A stretch of 64,000 bases of DNA from Asterias rubens. Its lineage: Eukaryota. Where the stretch lies: assembly GCF_902459465.1 (NCBI RefSeq), contig NC_047067.1, forward strand, positions 1,612,001 through 1,676,000, read 5' to 3'. Position numbers and translations under genes: made by a program. The notes under the pieces were generated by a model. It saw only the letters and a list, made by a program, of their open reading frames with translations, was not told the DNA's origin and did no database searches. Of this stretch, positions 26,701 through 40,500 are shown piece by piece (position 1 is the first letter of the stretch; the number at the start of each line of letters is the position of its first letter).

Positions 26701-29700
26701 TTTTTACATCTGGGCTGTGACGTTAGTATTCATTTAAAAATTGACAAGACTGGTGGACTTGTCTGGTAAAGTTTACTGGTGACACCAACACTACTGGCCT
26801 CGGGCCTGCGGTCCAGTATAAAATTCTAACCCTGTATGGCAAAGTCTAATCATGACCAAATCAACCATGCTTGATTGAGGACATGCATGTTCCTGTGCAT
26901 GTTGAATGTCTCTTTGATTCAACAGGTTTGGGACAGTTTAACACTTTTTAGAAAGTTTTTCAGACAAGTATTGTGGTTGTGTAAGTAAAGGCACAAACTA
27001 AAACAACAAGAAAGTAGGGCAAACCTTTGCAACTGTTTACGGCTGCTATCTATAAAGGGTTAAGCACAGTCTTATCCAACAGCAAACAAAATTCAAGAAG
27101 GTTTCACGTGAGTGAGTTTATCAGAAGCGGTAAACTTTAGAAATGTGTGTGATTAAATTTGACAAAAATTTGTGATTAAATATGATGTCAGATTAAAGCC
27201 ATTGGACCCTTTCGGTACAGGAAAAAAAAAAAGTTCACAGATATACAAATAACTTACAGGCTATACAGAAGGTAGTGGTGAAAGACTTCTCTTGAAATAT
27301 TATTCTCCTTTTGAGAAAACAGTAAAACAATATCAATTCTAGATTGAGAATTACGGATTTATTTTAAAACACATGTCATGACACTGCCAAACGTGCGGAT
27401 ACAAGGGTGGGTTTTCCCGTTATTTTCTCCCGACTCCGACGTCCGATTGAGCCTAAATTTTCACAGGTTTGTTATTTTATATAGAAGTTGTGATACACAA
27501 AGTGTGGGCCTTGGACAATACTGTTTACCGAAAGGGTCCAATGGCTTTAAAACCCTTCTGTCTGGATTTTGTTCTGAATTTTTTCTTTTGTTTGTTTTTA
27601 AATTTCAGTGGTCAGACAATATACAACCAAGATGGTATCATACAAGGTAAGCTTAATGTTTGTGAAAGACAATTTTTATTTTGTTTATCATCAGCAAAAT
27701 AATTATCAAACATTATGATGTAGTTGTGTTTGTATACAGATATCATAATCCACAGCAGGAAGAATAATGTAGAGATTCCATTTAAAGGCAGTGGACACTA
27801 TTGGTAATTACTCAAAATAATTATTAGCATAAAACCTTTCTTGGTAAGAGAAATGGGGAGCTGCTGATGGTATAAAACATTGTGAGAAACAGCTCCCTCT
27901 GAAGTAGTATAATTTTCGAGAAAGAAGCAATTTTCCTAAAATTTGATTTCGAGACCTCAGATTAAGAATTTGAGGTCTCGAAATCAAGCACATATGAAAG
28001 CACACAACTTCGTGTGACAGGGGTCTTTTTTCTTTCATTATTATCTCGCAACTTTGACAACCGATTGAGCTCAAATTTTCACAGGTTTGTTATTTTATGC
28101 ATATGTTGAGATACACCAAGTGAGAAGACTGGTCTTTGACAATTACCAATAGTGTCCAGTGTCTTAAATATTCAATCTTGTATATTTGATATTAGCTTAA
28201 GGAATTTGCCAGTCCCACCATGAACTGTTGAACACTTTTTACAGTTCTGTACAAAAAAAGAAGTGGGCTGTGGAGCACGATACTTTGGTTGGTGGTGCAC
28301 CTGATGAAATGATTTAATTAGACAAAATATTTCTGAAAAAAAAAAGAATTAGCTGTTGCAAACAACTTACCAACCGCTGGTATAAATGGAGAAAAAAAAG
28401 AGTTAATGGCCTGATGTTTAGACCCTTACAGAGTCTTTCTCGCATGTTAAAATGTACTTTATGAATATATTTTTTGTTCTCAACAACTTGTTCCTTGTTC
28501 TTGAATGAGAAGCTTTAGAGGTATTATTACAGAATAACTGTTTGTCTTGAATTGTCTGAATAAGTTTCTGTTTTTTTCTGAATAAGGAAGTGCAAGCAAT
28601 GTGAAACAATTTTGTTAGACACAAACCATGTGGCTAATCTCACTTGACTAATGGGATGTGGTTAAGTTATAAGAACAGTCTGCCGAACTCGTGTCTTCTT
28701 CTGGAGACAATGGGAGAGACAAAAACAGTTGAGAAAACCACCATGATGAATAATTCTTTCTTGATAGTGAAACCCCATGGTTTACCAATTCCCAGAAATC
28801 AAGATGCAGTCATCTTTCTTTTCCCCCATTTACCTATATCTACATCCACATCTCTGATTATTCTTGTCAAAGACAATTCTTGTCAGCATCTGGACAAGGT
28901 GAGAAGACAATGAAGAAGTTCCAGTTTTAGAAGTGGGAGCTAGGAAAACCCCAGAGAATTGTTCTAGCGAAAACCCACACAGTCAAGTAGCGACTGAAAA
29001 ACCCAATCCACATAGTGCCCCCAGCATGTTTTGAACTGGGATTTTGTGGTGGAAGGCGAGGCAAAACCAACCTGACTTCCCAAACTGAGGTCCTTTTTTA
29101 AACCATGGCTTCAGCTTTGCCTCCAGCTTGGGCTCTGGCTTGCTGGCATCTGCTTTGGCTCTGGTTTGAGCTCCGGCTTGGGCTTTGGCTTGTGCTCCAG
29201 CCTGTGCTCTAGCTTGGGCAAGAGCTTGGGCTCTGGCTTGCGCTTCAGCTGGGGCTCCGGCCCGGGCCCTGTCTGCCTGATTGGTTCTCAAAAAGGGCCT
29301 ATGGCTGCGAGGGTAAATAAGAAATAACTACATCTGAAATAAGAAGTAACTTCGAATTGTATTTGTGTCAAAAGTCACTTTGGTAATTTCCTTACAATGA
29401 ATAATTTTTTTGCATGCCAAAAGGTCAAATGGACGTACCATTATCTGAGGAGGGGAGGAAACAGGTCTGGTTGCTAGGCAAGGCATTGCAACATCATCGA
29501 TTCTCAAAAATCTTCGCCAGTGATCTGCAAAGAGCTTCAGAGGTGAATATGCAAATTGTAGTCAGGGATTGGACATAAACGCTGGCCAGTGATTTTAGCC
29601 TCAGGCCAGTAAACTCAGCATGGGATAAGTCTGGTGGTCTTGTGTTTTTCAATTGACTGAAGAAACCTCACTGTGTAAATACCTTTTAAATCTTTACGCT

Positions 29701-32445
29701 TACTTCATACCTTAAGACAAATTTTATGAGATAGTGCATTATGTTATGATGGGAAGGCCAACGTGCACAAATTCGCAGTAACTGTATAAGTAACTGAAAC
29801 AGCTCTATGGAAAAACGGCTGTAGTAGCTTTAAAAAAAAAAAGCTTTTAAAAAAATTGTGAAACTGGGATTAGAGCAGCTCAATGAAATTTTCACTCGTT
29901 TAGTTTGCTTTGATCTCTGCCAAGATTGAGGATTTTAGTAAACAGTTACTAATTCTATAGATATTTTCTCTTCCAGACCGCTCAAGCTGTTGTTGACCTC
30001 GGAACAGTTGAAAGGCCAAAGGTCATCACAGATCCTAGGTTAAGAGAAAGGGTAAGGAATTCACCATCGTTTATGGTTCACTGTTTTTTTTCTCTTTTTT
30101 CTTTTTTACATTGTTCTTGTTTGAATTGCAATTGCACTTGTTTGTTTATAAAGGCACTACATCTGAATTGAGATATGGCTGTGGCTAATGGCATAGCAGT
30201 GTAATGATGGAGCCAGAGCCAAAGCTGTTAAATTGTTTGCTGGAACTCAAGACAAGAAAGTCAACCACGTGACATCACCCTAATGCTAAAATTGTTTCTT
30301 TGGCCCCGAATCCATCATAGGACTCATTTTCTCCTGTTCTGAAAAAATTATTAATAACTGGTTACCATTAGTTGTCTGGTCTCCTCCATCCAAACAAACC
30401 AACCCACATGACAACATCCCTCGAAAACTGGCCTAACTGCCACTCCCGCCACTGCATTCAAAACTAGTCTGAAATCACTCCTGATCAAATCTGGGCCCAA
30501 TTTCATAGAGCTGCTTTAAAAGCACAAAATGTTGCTAATAAGCACAACAACATTACGTTTACCAAAATAAGTTTACCAGTTAAAGCATTATCACACCTGA
30601 ACAATTTGTGACTGGTATCCTGCTTATATTTGCTGAGCACAATAATTTTCTGCTTAATAAAGCAGCTCTATGAAATTGGGCCCAGCATGTCCGCCGCTTT
30701 TTTATGATTATTTGGCAAAGTCTTATCTGTGATACTTTTTTCTTCTCTCTCTATTGTCGCTTCCAGGGTTATGGACGATTGGAAGGAATACCCGTCAAAG
30801 AGTACCAGGGACACGCCAAGAGGCAGAAGAAGAGAATCGAGTTTACACCGGAAGGTGGAGAAACTATTGAACAAGTTAGTGAAATACATGTTAACCCTTC
30901 AGTCCATGCATGGAAATAATAATATTAATGAACCTTCTTATATAGCGCATATCATCGTGATGAGGTCCCTGTGTGACGTCAGTATTTTTCTACAACATTA
31001 TAATGTGGTGGTTAACAAGGTGCTGTGGTGCATAATGCAGCCAATCAAACAGGAACAGCGAGGCTTCTTTGACGAGCATTCACAGCAGACATATTTTTTC
31101 TACTTAAGTCTGATTTACAATTTGCTTGCCCTTAGAAAACAAAAAAGATAGCCTGGAAGTCTTCTATAGCTTACGCCATGGGACTGCCCTTGTATTCAAT
31201 GAAATGTTTCTACTTTTTCCTGAAGAGCCAATTATCATACCTGCTTCAGTCACTGTACCGCCTGAAACTGCCCGAGATTGGTTTTCAGTTCCTACATGTT
31301 TACTGGGTTTCCCTATTTGGGGTTTTTCCTCCCACATCTTAAACTGACATTTCTTAATCTTCTGTACACAGATATCTTCATGTCTTAGGGTTCGAAATTT
31401 TTAAGGGTGTTTTGGTTTCATTAATACCAGAAAGATATAACATTTTTAGTATTAACAATATTTGTCCTACATGGATCATGATGTCAAAATCTCAGTGTTT
31501 CTGTTGAAACTTTTTTATGTTAAAATCCCCAGAATATTGTTTTTTTTAACTTTATCTTGTAACATCAGTGAAATTAGAAAACTAAGAAAGGCTTTTTTCC
31601 CCATCATTATGTTGGAGTAGTCTGATTGCATAGTATGCATTTAATTCTGCTGTGTGTTTTTGTGTTTTGTTACTTAGGTTAAGAAACGAGCCGTTGATTT
31701 CTTCAAAGACCTGTGTGACGACTTTTTAGAAGGCAATGCACTTCTTACCCCTCCAGAAAAATGTATACCAGCAAAACACCCCCGCCAGGCCGATGATGGC
31801 TCCAACCCACCAGATAAAGTGCACACAAATCCGGGATCTTCCATTGCACAATCAGAGTTGAGTGCTTCCTTTGAAAAGGACAGTCCGCCAGTAGAATTTA
31901 CTGTAGGCGATGAGGAAGAGGTATTGAGTGAAAGTGCTGAGCCAATCAAAAGCTGCGAGCTTAGCAGCGAAGATTTGGCAACGGAGGAACAAACAACTCA
32001 AGCCAAGAAGCATGCAAAGAGTGGAGGAGGGGAAGGTCCTCATTTTCATAAACACTCGTCCTCTGGCAGTAATCAGTACGCCCCCAACGTGACCCTATCA
32101 AACTCTCCCATGCATGCAGGAGGGGGCGAGTTGTCTGAGGGTGCTATTGAGATATCATACTCCGACAGTAGCCTGGGAAGTCAGGGAACCGATGATTTTG
32201 ACGACGACATTGATTTGGACGGCATGGCGGCGGACGTCTTGGTGGTCGCGCATGGCGTGCTCATCCGAGAACTGATGAAGTATTTCATCGACGAGCTAAA
32301 CTGCTTCATACCCAAGGGTCAGAACTTGGCCAATCGAGTCACTTTTAACACCGGAATGTCGCGGTTTCAGGTTGACCTTCTAGACGGGTTCCCAAAGATG
32401 GAATGTTTAAGCATTCATCAGATTGATCATTTGCATCAACCTTAA
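17714..32445 (+). CDS. TIGAR: TIGAR-like histidine phosphatase (fructose-2,6-bisphosphatase), 6 exons, 379 aa
   Basis: Exons are 17714-17745 (MARFILTLVRH), 27609-27646 (GQTIYNQDGIIQG), 29424-29542 (QMDVPLSEEG...FASDLQRASE), 29977-30051 (DPRLRER), 30767-30874 (GYGRLEG...FTPEGGETIEQ) and 31678-32445 (VDFFKDLC...VLVVAHG...NTGMSRF). The RHG, SDLxRA, RER and AHG catalytic motifs are intact and phases close. Confidence 0.95.
17831..18107. repeat. Near-perfect ~140-bp direct tandem duplication in TIGAR intron 1
   Basis: 17831-17970 matches 17973-18107, with a 5-nt indel. Confidence 0.95.
18297..18893. mobile_element. Family B TTAA MITE (AGCCATTGGAC ends), composite copy; other copies at 27193-27550 and 62748-63067
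   Basis: TIRs read aaagccattggac...gtccaatggcttt. The internal gattgagc..aaattttcacaggtttgttattttat stretch is shared with family A. Confidence 0.85.
19008..19400. mobile_element. Non-autonomous element ending in a long hairpin (19241-19376)
   Basis: Imperfect arms of about 65 bp are centred on ccctcggcc-ttc-ggcctcggg. Superfamily not determined. Confidence 0.55.
19756..20371. mobile_element. hAT-type MITE with a perfect 8-bp TSD (AAAGACAG)
   Basis: The ends read aaagacag|taggcctgggtgaat ... gcccagcacta|aaagacag. Confidence 0.85.
23005..23270 (+). mobile_element. Fragment of the MITE family also found at 42073-42400
   Basis: Shared ttgccttggatcggacgagttggtctat and atgatccacacaa segments. 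Confidence 0.75.
27782..28167 (+). mobile_element. Family A MITE (TIGAR intron 2)
   Basis: Same TIRs and interior. Confidence 0.9.
29105..29275. repeat. Degenerate GGCTTG/GGCTCT hexamer microsatellite next to a SINE fragment (28940-29040)
   Basis: The hexamer periodicity produces the Ala/Gln-rich minus-strand ORF in the track. Confidence 0.75.
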
Positions 32446-34523
32446 CTATAGCATCAATAATCGCTCAAAGTCAGGGGGCACATCAGGGAGTTTAAACTTA
32501 GGAAGCGTCTCAAAATTTGGGCATGTTCTAGGTGCAGAGAAAGCGTTCCTGTTGGCACCTTCCCTATCAGCCAATGGACCTCCAGAACATTGGGCTGTAC
32601 CGTGCAATGTGCCGAACTTAAGGAACAATCTTACACGAGAGAATATTATGCGCATTAGTAATTGAAAGGTTACAAGAGACCAGATAAGAATGTTTCAACC
32701 GTTCAAACTTTTGAGAAGCTCCCTTACTAGAAAATGGGCATTCCCTTCAGGAAATGAGAGGTATTCTTCTGTTTCCCCAGGCCCTTTTTTGAGCGTTTTT
32801 TTTTTAAATATAGCAGTCGTCGGGAAAAATTAATCAGTCAAAGAAAAAACAGTATTACATACATTTTAATTATTCATAAAAATATGAACATTTGTGAATT
32901 TTTTTAAATAAATGTTTTTTGATATATATTTTATTTCCAGAGTTCATTTCAAACACAAACAAAACAAATTCCTCATGAACTATACCCCAATGTCATTTTT
33001 TATTATTTTTTTATTTAGTATTTTATTTTATTCATGAGGGGTAAACCTTCTGATGACTTTTGCCTGTAAATAACCGTTCCAAACTACCTCATTACGTTTG
33101 CTTAAGTTCTAATGAAAGTTTTGTTCATTACCTTTTGGGTTTATTAAAAGAAACATTACTACACATTATACTCAGTGCCTTAATATTAAAACCTGTATAT
33201 ACCTAAAAAGAATGAAATTTAAGCATGCAAAGAGATGTTATGTACAAAGAAGATGGGTGGGCGTCTCATTAAGAGAAAATGCTGCATTGTACGGAAACAA
33301 AAGTATGGCTCTTTATCGTGCAGTAGGCTTTTAAAGGTAGGGTTATAGATTGTTTTTTGTCCATGCAATACTGATTCATTGTCAATATTATAAAGAAATA
33401 TACAAAAAAGTCACATTTTGATTACAGTGCTGAGAGATCAGAAAAAAAAAAGTATTTGTTTTGCGGTTACACCATGTGTGTGTCTATTTGCCAGGTAGAA
33501 TTTGTTCTTTAGAGAACTGTCTTACTTTATTTTCTACTACAGCCACAGAGTAGATTTTTATGGAGACTTATCAGTTCTGTCCATTCTCGTTTGGCAAGGT
33601 GTTAGCGGGAACAAACCGCATCTCTGGCTGCAATGTTCACGTCCAGACACCGACGCTCAGAAACCTGAGAAATTATTCATGGATAAATTCTTTCCCAGAT
33701 TAAAATGATTATAAGTGGAAAGTTATCTAAACCATATTACTTGGAAGGGAATCCTTTCTCAACAAAAATTCATACTATCAACAGCTAGCTGCAGTGCTTC
33801 TCACTAAGTAAGTTTTTATGGTCATTCAATTTTTGAGTATATGACAATCTATGACCCTACCTTTAAGTCATGTTCCCGTCGTGCAATAACAATACTGATA
33901 GGTAACTTTTGTTATGTGAGATGGTACCAGACTCTTCCACCTTCAAGCCTCGTTATGGTTCCAATGTTGTAATTAGAGGAATCAAAGTCAAGCTGCGCCA
34001 TGATAAGTGTCCGTTTTTGTTTACAGAGGAACCTTTTTTTTGCATGCAGTACGCATGTTTGAAGACTTATTAGAAAGATTCTCTTTTGAAGTCATTTCTT
34101 TATTCTTTACCCTGCTACATTATTGATCCTAGTCCATATTTTATGTTCATGAGCAAAATTTGAATAGTTTTATATATATTTTTTTTCATTTTTTGTAATT
34201 ATTGTAATTTTTAGAATTATTTTATTTTATTTATTATTTGTTGTTTTTATCACTTATATCATTATGGTTGATAATTGTTAATATTTAAACCCAAGTATTT
34301 GCTTCTTATCGGACCAAAGAGGTGACCTGTTCTTGTTGAAAGCTTAGCTGGAGGAAAAATCTATCTCCTATATCACACATTTGATATTTGTTTTTTAAAT
34401 GTCATCCGAACGTGACATTTACTTCTTGTGCAAAGGTAAACGGAAACCATAGCAACATAGGATCAGGCATTTCATTGTTCAAATCCTCGCACTGATGTCA
34501 ATAACATACAATAAAAAAAAAAG

Positions 34524-34839
34524 TTAAAGACAGTGGACACTACTGGTAATTGTTAAAGAACAGTCTTCTCACTTGGTGTATCTCAACATACAAAAAACAC
34601 CCTGGTCACACTAAGTTGTGAGCTTTTGGATGCTTGATTTCGTGACCTCAGTTCTAAATCTGAGGTCTCGAAATCAAATTTGTGGAAAATTACTTCTTTC
34701 TCGAAAACAACATCACTTCAGAGGGAGCTGTTTCTCACAATGTTTTATACTATCAACCTCTCCCCATTACTCATTACCAAGTGAGGTTTTATGCTAATAA
34801 TTATTTTAAGGAATTACCAATAGTGTCCACTGCCTTTAA
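34524..34839 (-). mobile_element. Family A MITE with an internal deletion
   Basis: Same TIRs; shorter interior. Confidence 0.85.
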
Positions 34840-37509
34840 ATGGTAAAAAATGAAGTTAAACATTTCTGTAGATGAATTCATATTTTGCAAAATCAATTGT
34901 TTACAGGGTCAGCTTTCAAAATGAATTGTTTACAGGGTCAGTTTCTCAATACATTGGTCAGGATAACATCAAAACATATTCCAAGTATCGTTGAATTTCA
35001 CAACTAGTTGTTTCTTCAAACATTAACTAGATGTGACACAAAAAAATCCTGTTGTTGCAAATATACCAGCAATAGTATATTTCATTCATCAATTTATTGA
35101 TATACCTCTTGTCTAAAAAGTTTGTTTTTTACATGACCCAGTTTCATAGAGCTGCTTAACCAGATAATATTGCTTAAAAAAGGCTTCAGCTAAGTACAAT
35201 TAAGCATGATACCAGTCAAAGATAGTGTATGTGATATGGTGTTTTGGCTGGTAACCTTCTCTTGGTAAGCAATATTCTGTAATGCTTAGGTTCTTTCTAG
35301 ACCCTGCAGTATAGCATGTAAATCTGTCTTTATGAGAGGGTCACAGAAACACTTAATCCAGATAGCATAACATTCGGACCATAAGCTTTGCGAATTGATT
35401 TTCACGGCATTCGGCTTATATAGTTTGAAAAGTAAAGTAGTCACCAAATAATCTACAAATCAGATTAAACATTTTTTTGTGTGAGATTTCAAAACAATCT
35501 CAATTCATTATTATCAACAATCCAGATGAACTTACTTAATAATCTCATTGAAAGTTGAACAGTAAACTTTGTCATCTTGCCAAGTTCAATTGTTTTATGA
35601 GAATCCTGATGTCACCCGAGCACATTTTTTAAAGTCAGTATTTGTTAAATTCTTTGACATCAAATGTGCCTCCTGTATTTATGTAAAAAAATATTAATAA
35701 TGAAATTTTACCTCATACTATTACCTCATAATTTATGTATGATAGAAAATGCTACTTATCTCATAAGATAATCAGAATAGCTACTTTAATTTAATTTACC
35801 AGTAGTATTTGTACGTACACTGAAGTTCTGTCTGAGACCCGAGTAAATTATGATTCTGAGGAAAATTCCTTCAATCCTCTTCCATATTGTATAAGAAACA
35901 TTACTCTAGCCATATCTAAATTGGTGGATTTAGCTACGATTTAGCTACGATTTCACTAGGGCTCGATTTCATAGAGCTGTGTAGCCAAACAGAAATGTGC
36001 TTTGCACAGAAAAATCTTGCTTAGCAGAAACAGGTTACCAGACAAAATACCATATAATGTATATTGTTTGTGACTGGTTCCATGGAAATGTTTGCTTAGC
36101 AGAAAAAATTCACTGCTTTGTGAAATTGGACATCTTTTAGAAAACATTGGTAGCATGTTTGAAATTATTGCAATGGGCTCCTGGCAGACACCTCAAAAAC
36201 AATTTAATTTGCATGAATTATTCAAATGTATGTTAATTCTTGTTGGAAATGGACTTATTCTCAGGGTGATTATTGGTACTTTTGTTACTTGTGTTGATGT
36301 GATCTTTTGTGTACTGTAAATAAGTGCATAACTTTGCACATAATACTTATGTTATAGTTATTATTTTATGGCAAATCTTTCTTGAAATAAACTCTTGTCT
36401 TTTTCTCTGTAATTTTTACCAACATCTCATAAAAACTCTGAGCACTAAGTCTCAATTTAGTTGAGAAGTTTTAATCATGTAGTCAAAACGATCAGTGTAT
36501 GGGATTTTTTTGTAATCGTTCAATATCGCCTTAAACCCTCTGAAATTGGAGCGGTCCAGAGTCGATATTTTTGCATGCATGTGTTTGTTTAACTGAGTCA
36601 TGTTTGGCAATGCATGATCTTATTGAATAGAGAAAGAAATAAATGCCTCATTTTGACTCAATGTCAAACTATTAATTGCTTTGTAGACAATTTCTTTATT
36701 TTTTTATTGTCATGTTTTATGAAAATAATTCATAACAGGTTGATTGATGGTCAGAGAAGTACACACATAGAGTTTGGTTTATTGTAGCGAGAGACAAAGC
36801 TTCTCATTAATATTATTTGTTTCAGCCAAAAAATGATGAAAGGGTGTTTTTGTAACTTAGATAGGGAAAATGGATTACAGGCTAACTCAACAAAGCGTTC
36901 CAGGCATTATAGTCAGAGCGAAGGATTCTTTTGGTACAGTCTGAAGTGAGGTTGAAATAGAGATTTCAAAATTGTTTTAAACCAGTTAACCAAGTGTTAA
37001 AATGTAGGAAAAACCTGCACAAAAATCAATTTTCAATTTGTAGTGGAGGACATTGTTGAGTATTAACTCCAGTGTGTTGTAACGAAAATGACTGGATGGG
37101 GATCTTTGTGAAATGCACGCTGTCCTATTCAGGCACCATCCATCCCCCCCCCCCGCCCCCCCAAAAACAGAAATCCGTTTTGAAAGTACACACAATAGGA
37201 TCTTTGTAAAACGCATGATTTCCCCAATTCGGGCTCCCGAAATGCCTGGCATTCAGTTTGCCGTTTTGAAAATACCCTAGTGAGGATCTTTGCTAAACGT
37301 GCTTTCCCCATTCAGGCCCGAAAAAAACATAATTTCAATTAAAATAAAAAACAACATAGTAAAGGTTTCTTGTGAAAATCATGTTTTTATGGAAATCTTC
37401 CCAGGTTTGCAACGATATTTTGCCTGAGTGTTACGAGATAGTTGTCTAAGTGTGTGTTTATCATTTTTCGGCGGGGAGAATTTAGTTTGCATGCCGCGCA
37501 AGACAAAGA

Positions 37510-37549
37510 GCGCCCTCTACGGCACTGTCATTAAAGCCAAAATGGCGAC
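37510..37549 (+). promoter_or_regulatory. ACTR6 start region: GCGCCCTCT (CTCF-like) motif and an AAAATGGCG (YY1-like) motif overlapping the ATG
   Basis: Motif matches only. AAAATGGCG also overlaps the DEPDC7 ATG at 61547. Confidence 0.4.
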
Positions 37550-40500
37550 GACCATAGTCATCGACAATGGCGCTTATCAGGTCAAGATTGGCCTGAATTC
37601 TGACGAAAAGCCAAGGTAAATTATTTCGTTTTTGCATTGAACTTGTTTGTGTTGTAATAAAGAATCATTTGAATGACTTATTTTTGGCAAATTTGTTCAC
37701 CCGAGCTTAAAAACAGTCCTTGAAATTCATTGGGTCTACTCTAACTTAGTAAGGAGACCAGACAACTCGTCCGTCGGACAGCTCGTCCGTTCGGACAACT
37801 CGACGGTTCAGACAACTCGACGGTTGGGACAACTCGACGGATGATTTATTCAACCGTCAGACAACTCGACTTTGGGGTCAAGACAAGTTGACGGATGGCC
37901 GTGACGGGGGCTCAGCGCGGGGCGCGGGAGGGGTAAATAGCGGCCTGGGGTGGAGGGATGTACTGACTAGTGACTTGGCAATGATGCACGGGCGTTCCGG
38001 CCCCGGGGGTGGGGTTATAGTGGGTGGGTTTAATATCCGGGCAAACAGATTATTGATGCGTTTTTTGTTGATGTTTTTTTACCATGACCCCGCATTTTCA
38101 TTATTTTTGTACCATACATGTCTGATCGAGTTGTTATTGTCGTTGGTAATAAAGTAAATAACAGTAAATCTTCTAAATAGAGCTGTATTATAATGTTTTA
38201 ATTATTTAATGTTTAAATTGTTTTTTTAAAAACCTGTTATATTAAATAAATTGAAGACAACTGCTAACTGGCTGGCTATACACTAGAGATCATAGTCTGT
38301 TTTTTCACAAAGTCTCGAGATAGTCACTAATATATATTTATATGCAAGTATGGCTTCACTGGGACACCACACTTTCTTGTGATAAATAATAACTGATAAA
38401 TAATAGAATCGCAGGAATTATACAGAAAAGTTTGTGTAAACATGACAGTAACGGAGGTCGGCCGCTCAACCGTCGACTTGTCTTGGCCATCCGTCGAGTT
38501 GTCTCAAAGTCGAGTTGTCTGAACCGTCGAGTTGTCCGAACGGACGAGTTGTCCGACGGACGAGTTGTCTGACATTCCTAAGTAAGAGTGGTGCAAGAAG
38601 GCATGTGGTTCGATCATGCTGCCCTCATCGTTCGTGTACTATTCACTGCTATTATAACATAAAACCATCATAAAGCAAGAACACAGGGATCATGCATGTC
38701 ATGTCAACTCATCCGTCGGACCATTTCGGATAACTCGACGGTTGAGAAAACTCAACGGTTTGGAGTTGGACAACTCAGCTGAGAGTTGAGACGGGATAGC
38801 CACACCATAGGAGTTTATTACAGAACTTAGATGATTGTCAGGCCAGGGGCCTCAGCACAGGCCGGGGACCATCAATGGCGTACAGACTTTACTGACTTGT
38901 TGGCAATGGCACGGGAATAGTTTCCGTATGACGCCACCACTTTTTCATTCGATATGAAATAATATAATATCTAATTTACCTCAATGAGATATCCCTTTTT
39001 GTAAAAATTAGTGAAAAAGTGGTGGCGCCAGCCATACGGAAAGTTATCAATGGCACGCATAAAGGGCGTCTACTGGCATGCCTGCTGGGGAGTGGGATGG
39101 GGGAGTCCGCTGGCGATGGGGTGGAAGAGTCAGTCTGCCCGGTGTAGGCTTGCAGGCAAGGTCAAACATGCAAAATTGGAGGCAGGGTGCATAAATATCT
39201 GAGAGCTATCTCCAGGGACAGATTTCCATCATACATATGCCAGCAGCAGCAATTTGACAAATCATGTGAAATATGTTCCGTGCGATTCCAATCGATTGGC
39301 AGTAATGTGTTTTACTAAATATTACAAAGTTAAGATAAATGTGTTTAAATTAAACATATTTTTTAGTATTTTTCCTTTTGTAGTGGTGTGCCAATATTAA
39401 AGTAAACCGCAAGGAAGTCTTAAGTGAAATGTACCAACAAATATTTAAACTCTTTTCAACCAACTTAGTTTTAAATGTTTTTTGTTGTTGAGCTTCTTAG
39501 CAATAACATGTTTTCAATCTTCAGTGTTGCGTGTGTGCATTCATCAGTTATAAAATTTCCTAATTGAGCTGTCTTCCATTGGAAAAATCAGTTGGAAACT
39601 TTTGAAGGGGCACCAAGGCCAAGACCAGGGGCAACCAGACCTGCGTGTAATTTCAGGCCTAGACTCACTTTCAAGACTGGTTTTCTATTTTATATCCTAT
39701 TCGACCATGGAAAGTGTGTTGGGATATCTTCTCCTTTACAGGTCTACTCATAGTTCAAGGTGGAATCGATGGAAACAGTTGAGCCGGTTCTTACTTCCGA
39801 AGCGAATTTGAATGTCACAGGGCTGTTTTTGCAGCGAATGTTTCGCAGGAAGTGAGCACAAGTCAACTGTTGCAAATTATTCAGTGCAAATTTGTGGCGT
39901 CAAATTTCTAAACAACATTCACTCGAAGTAGTCCTATGAACCGGGCCTAAAGCAGTTGAAAAGCAGTCACATGTTCAATTTCATATTTAGGTAAAAATTA
40001 ACAACCCCATCTAGAATAAATAAAAATGTTTATTTTACATTACACAATTTGTTTTTCCCTTGGACAGGTTGGTTCCAAATTGCATCATGAAAGCTAAGAA
40101 TGAAAGGCGGAAGCAGTACATTGGATCACAAATTGATGACTGCAAAGATCTGTCTGGTATATTTTACGTCTTACCCTTCCAGAAGGTAAAATTAAAAACC
40201 ATATAAGGTCTGGGCTCCGGAATATCACTCTGGAATGAAGTTCACACCAAGCCCCACTGGAGCCCTTTTTACTTGATCCCCCAAAACCAAGATTCCTTGT
40301 TATAATAAGTTTTACAAGCGCGGATCTTTACTTCTTATGTCACTCTGCAGAGTTTTCACACAACACCAGTTATTGGTTTTACCATTACCCCATGCGACAA
40401 GAGTACAAATATATTTACTTTTTTTTTTTTTTTTTTTTTTGTAACAACAAAACCTCTAAAAGTGGAGAAGATAAAAATACATTATATTGACAATAAAAGG

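Noticed and set aside
28983-29291. Ala/Gln-rich 102-aa ORF (AQARAQA...)
   Set aside because: It is the translation of a degenerate hexamer microsatellite plus a SINE fragment in a TIGAR intron, with no splice or start context.
32423-32665. ORF overlapping the TIGAR stop (possible readthrough or frameshift extension)
   Set aside because: An in-frame TAG follows two codons after the TAA, no slippery site is evident, and the C-terminus already matches TIGAR.
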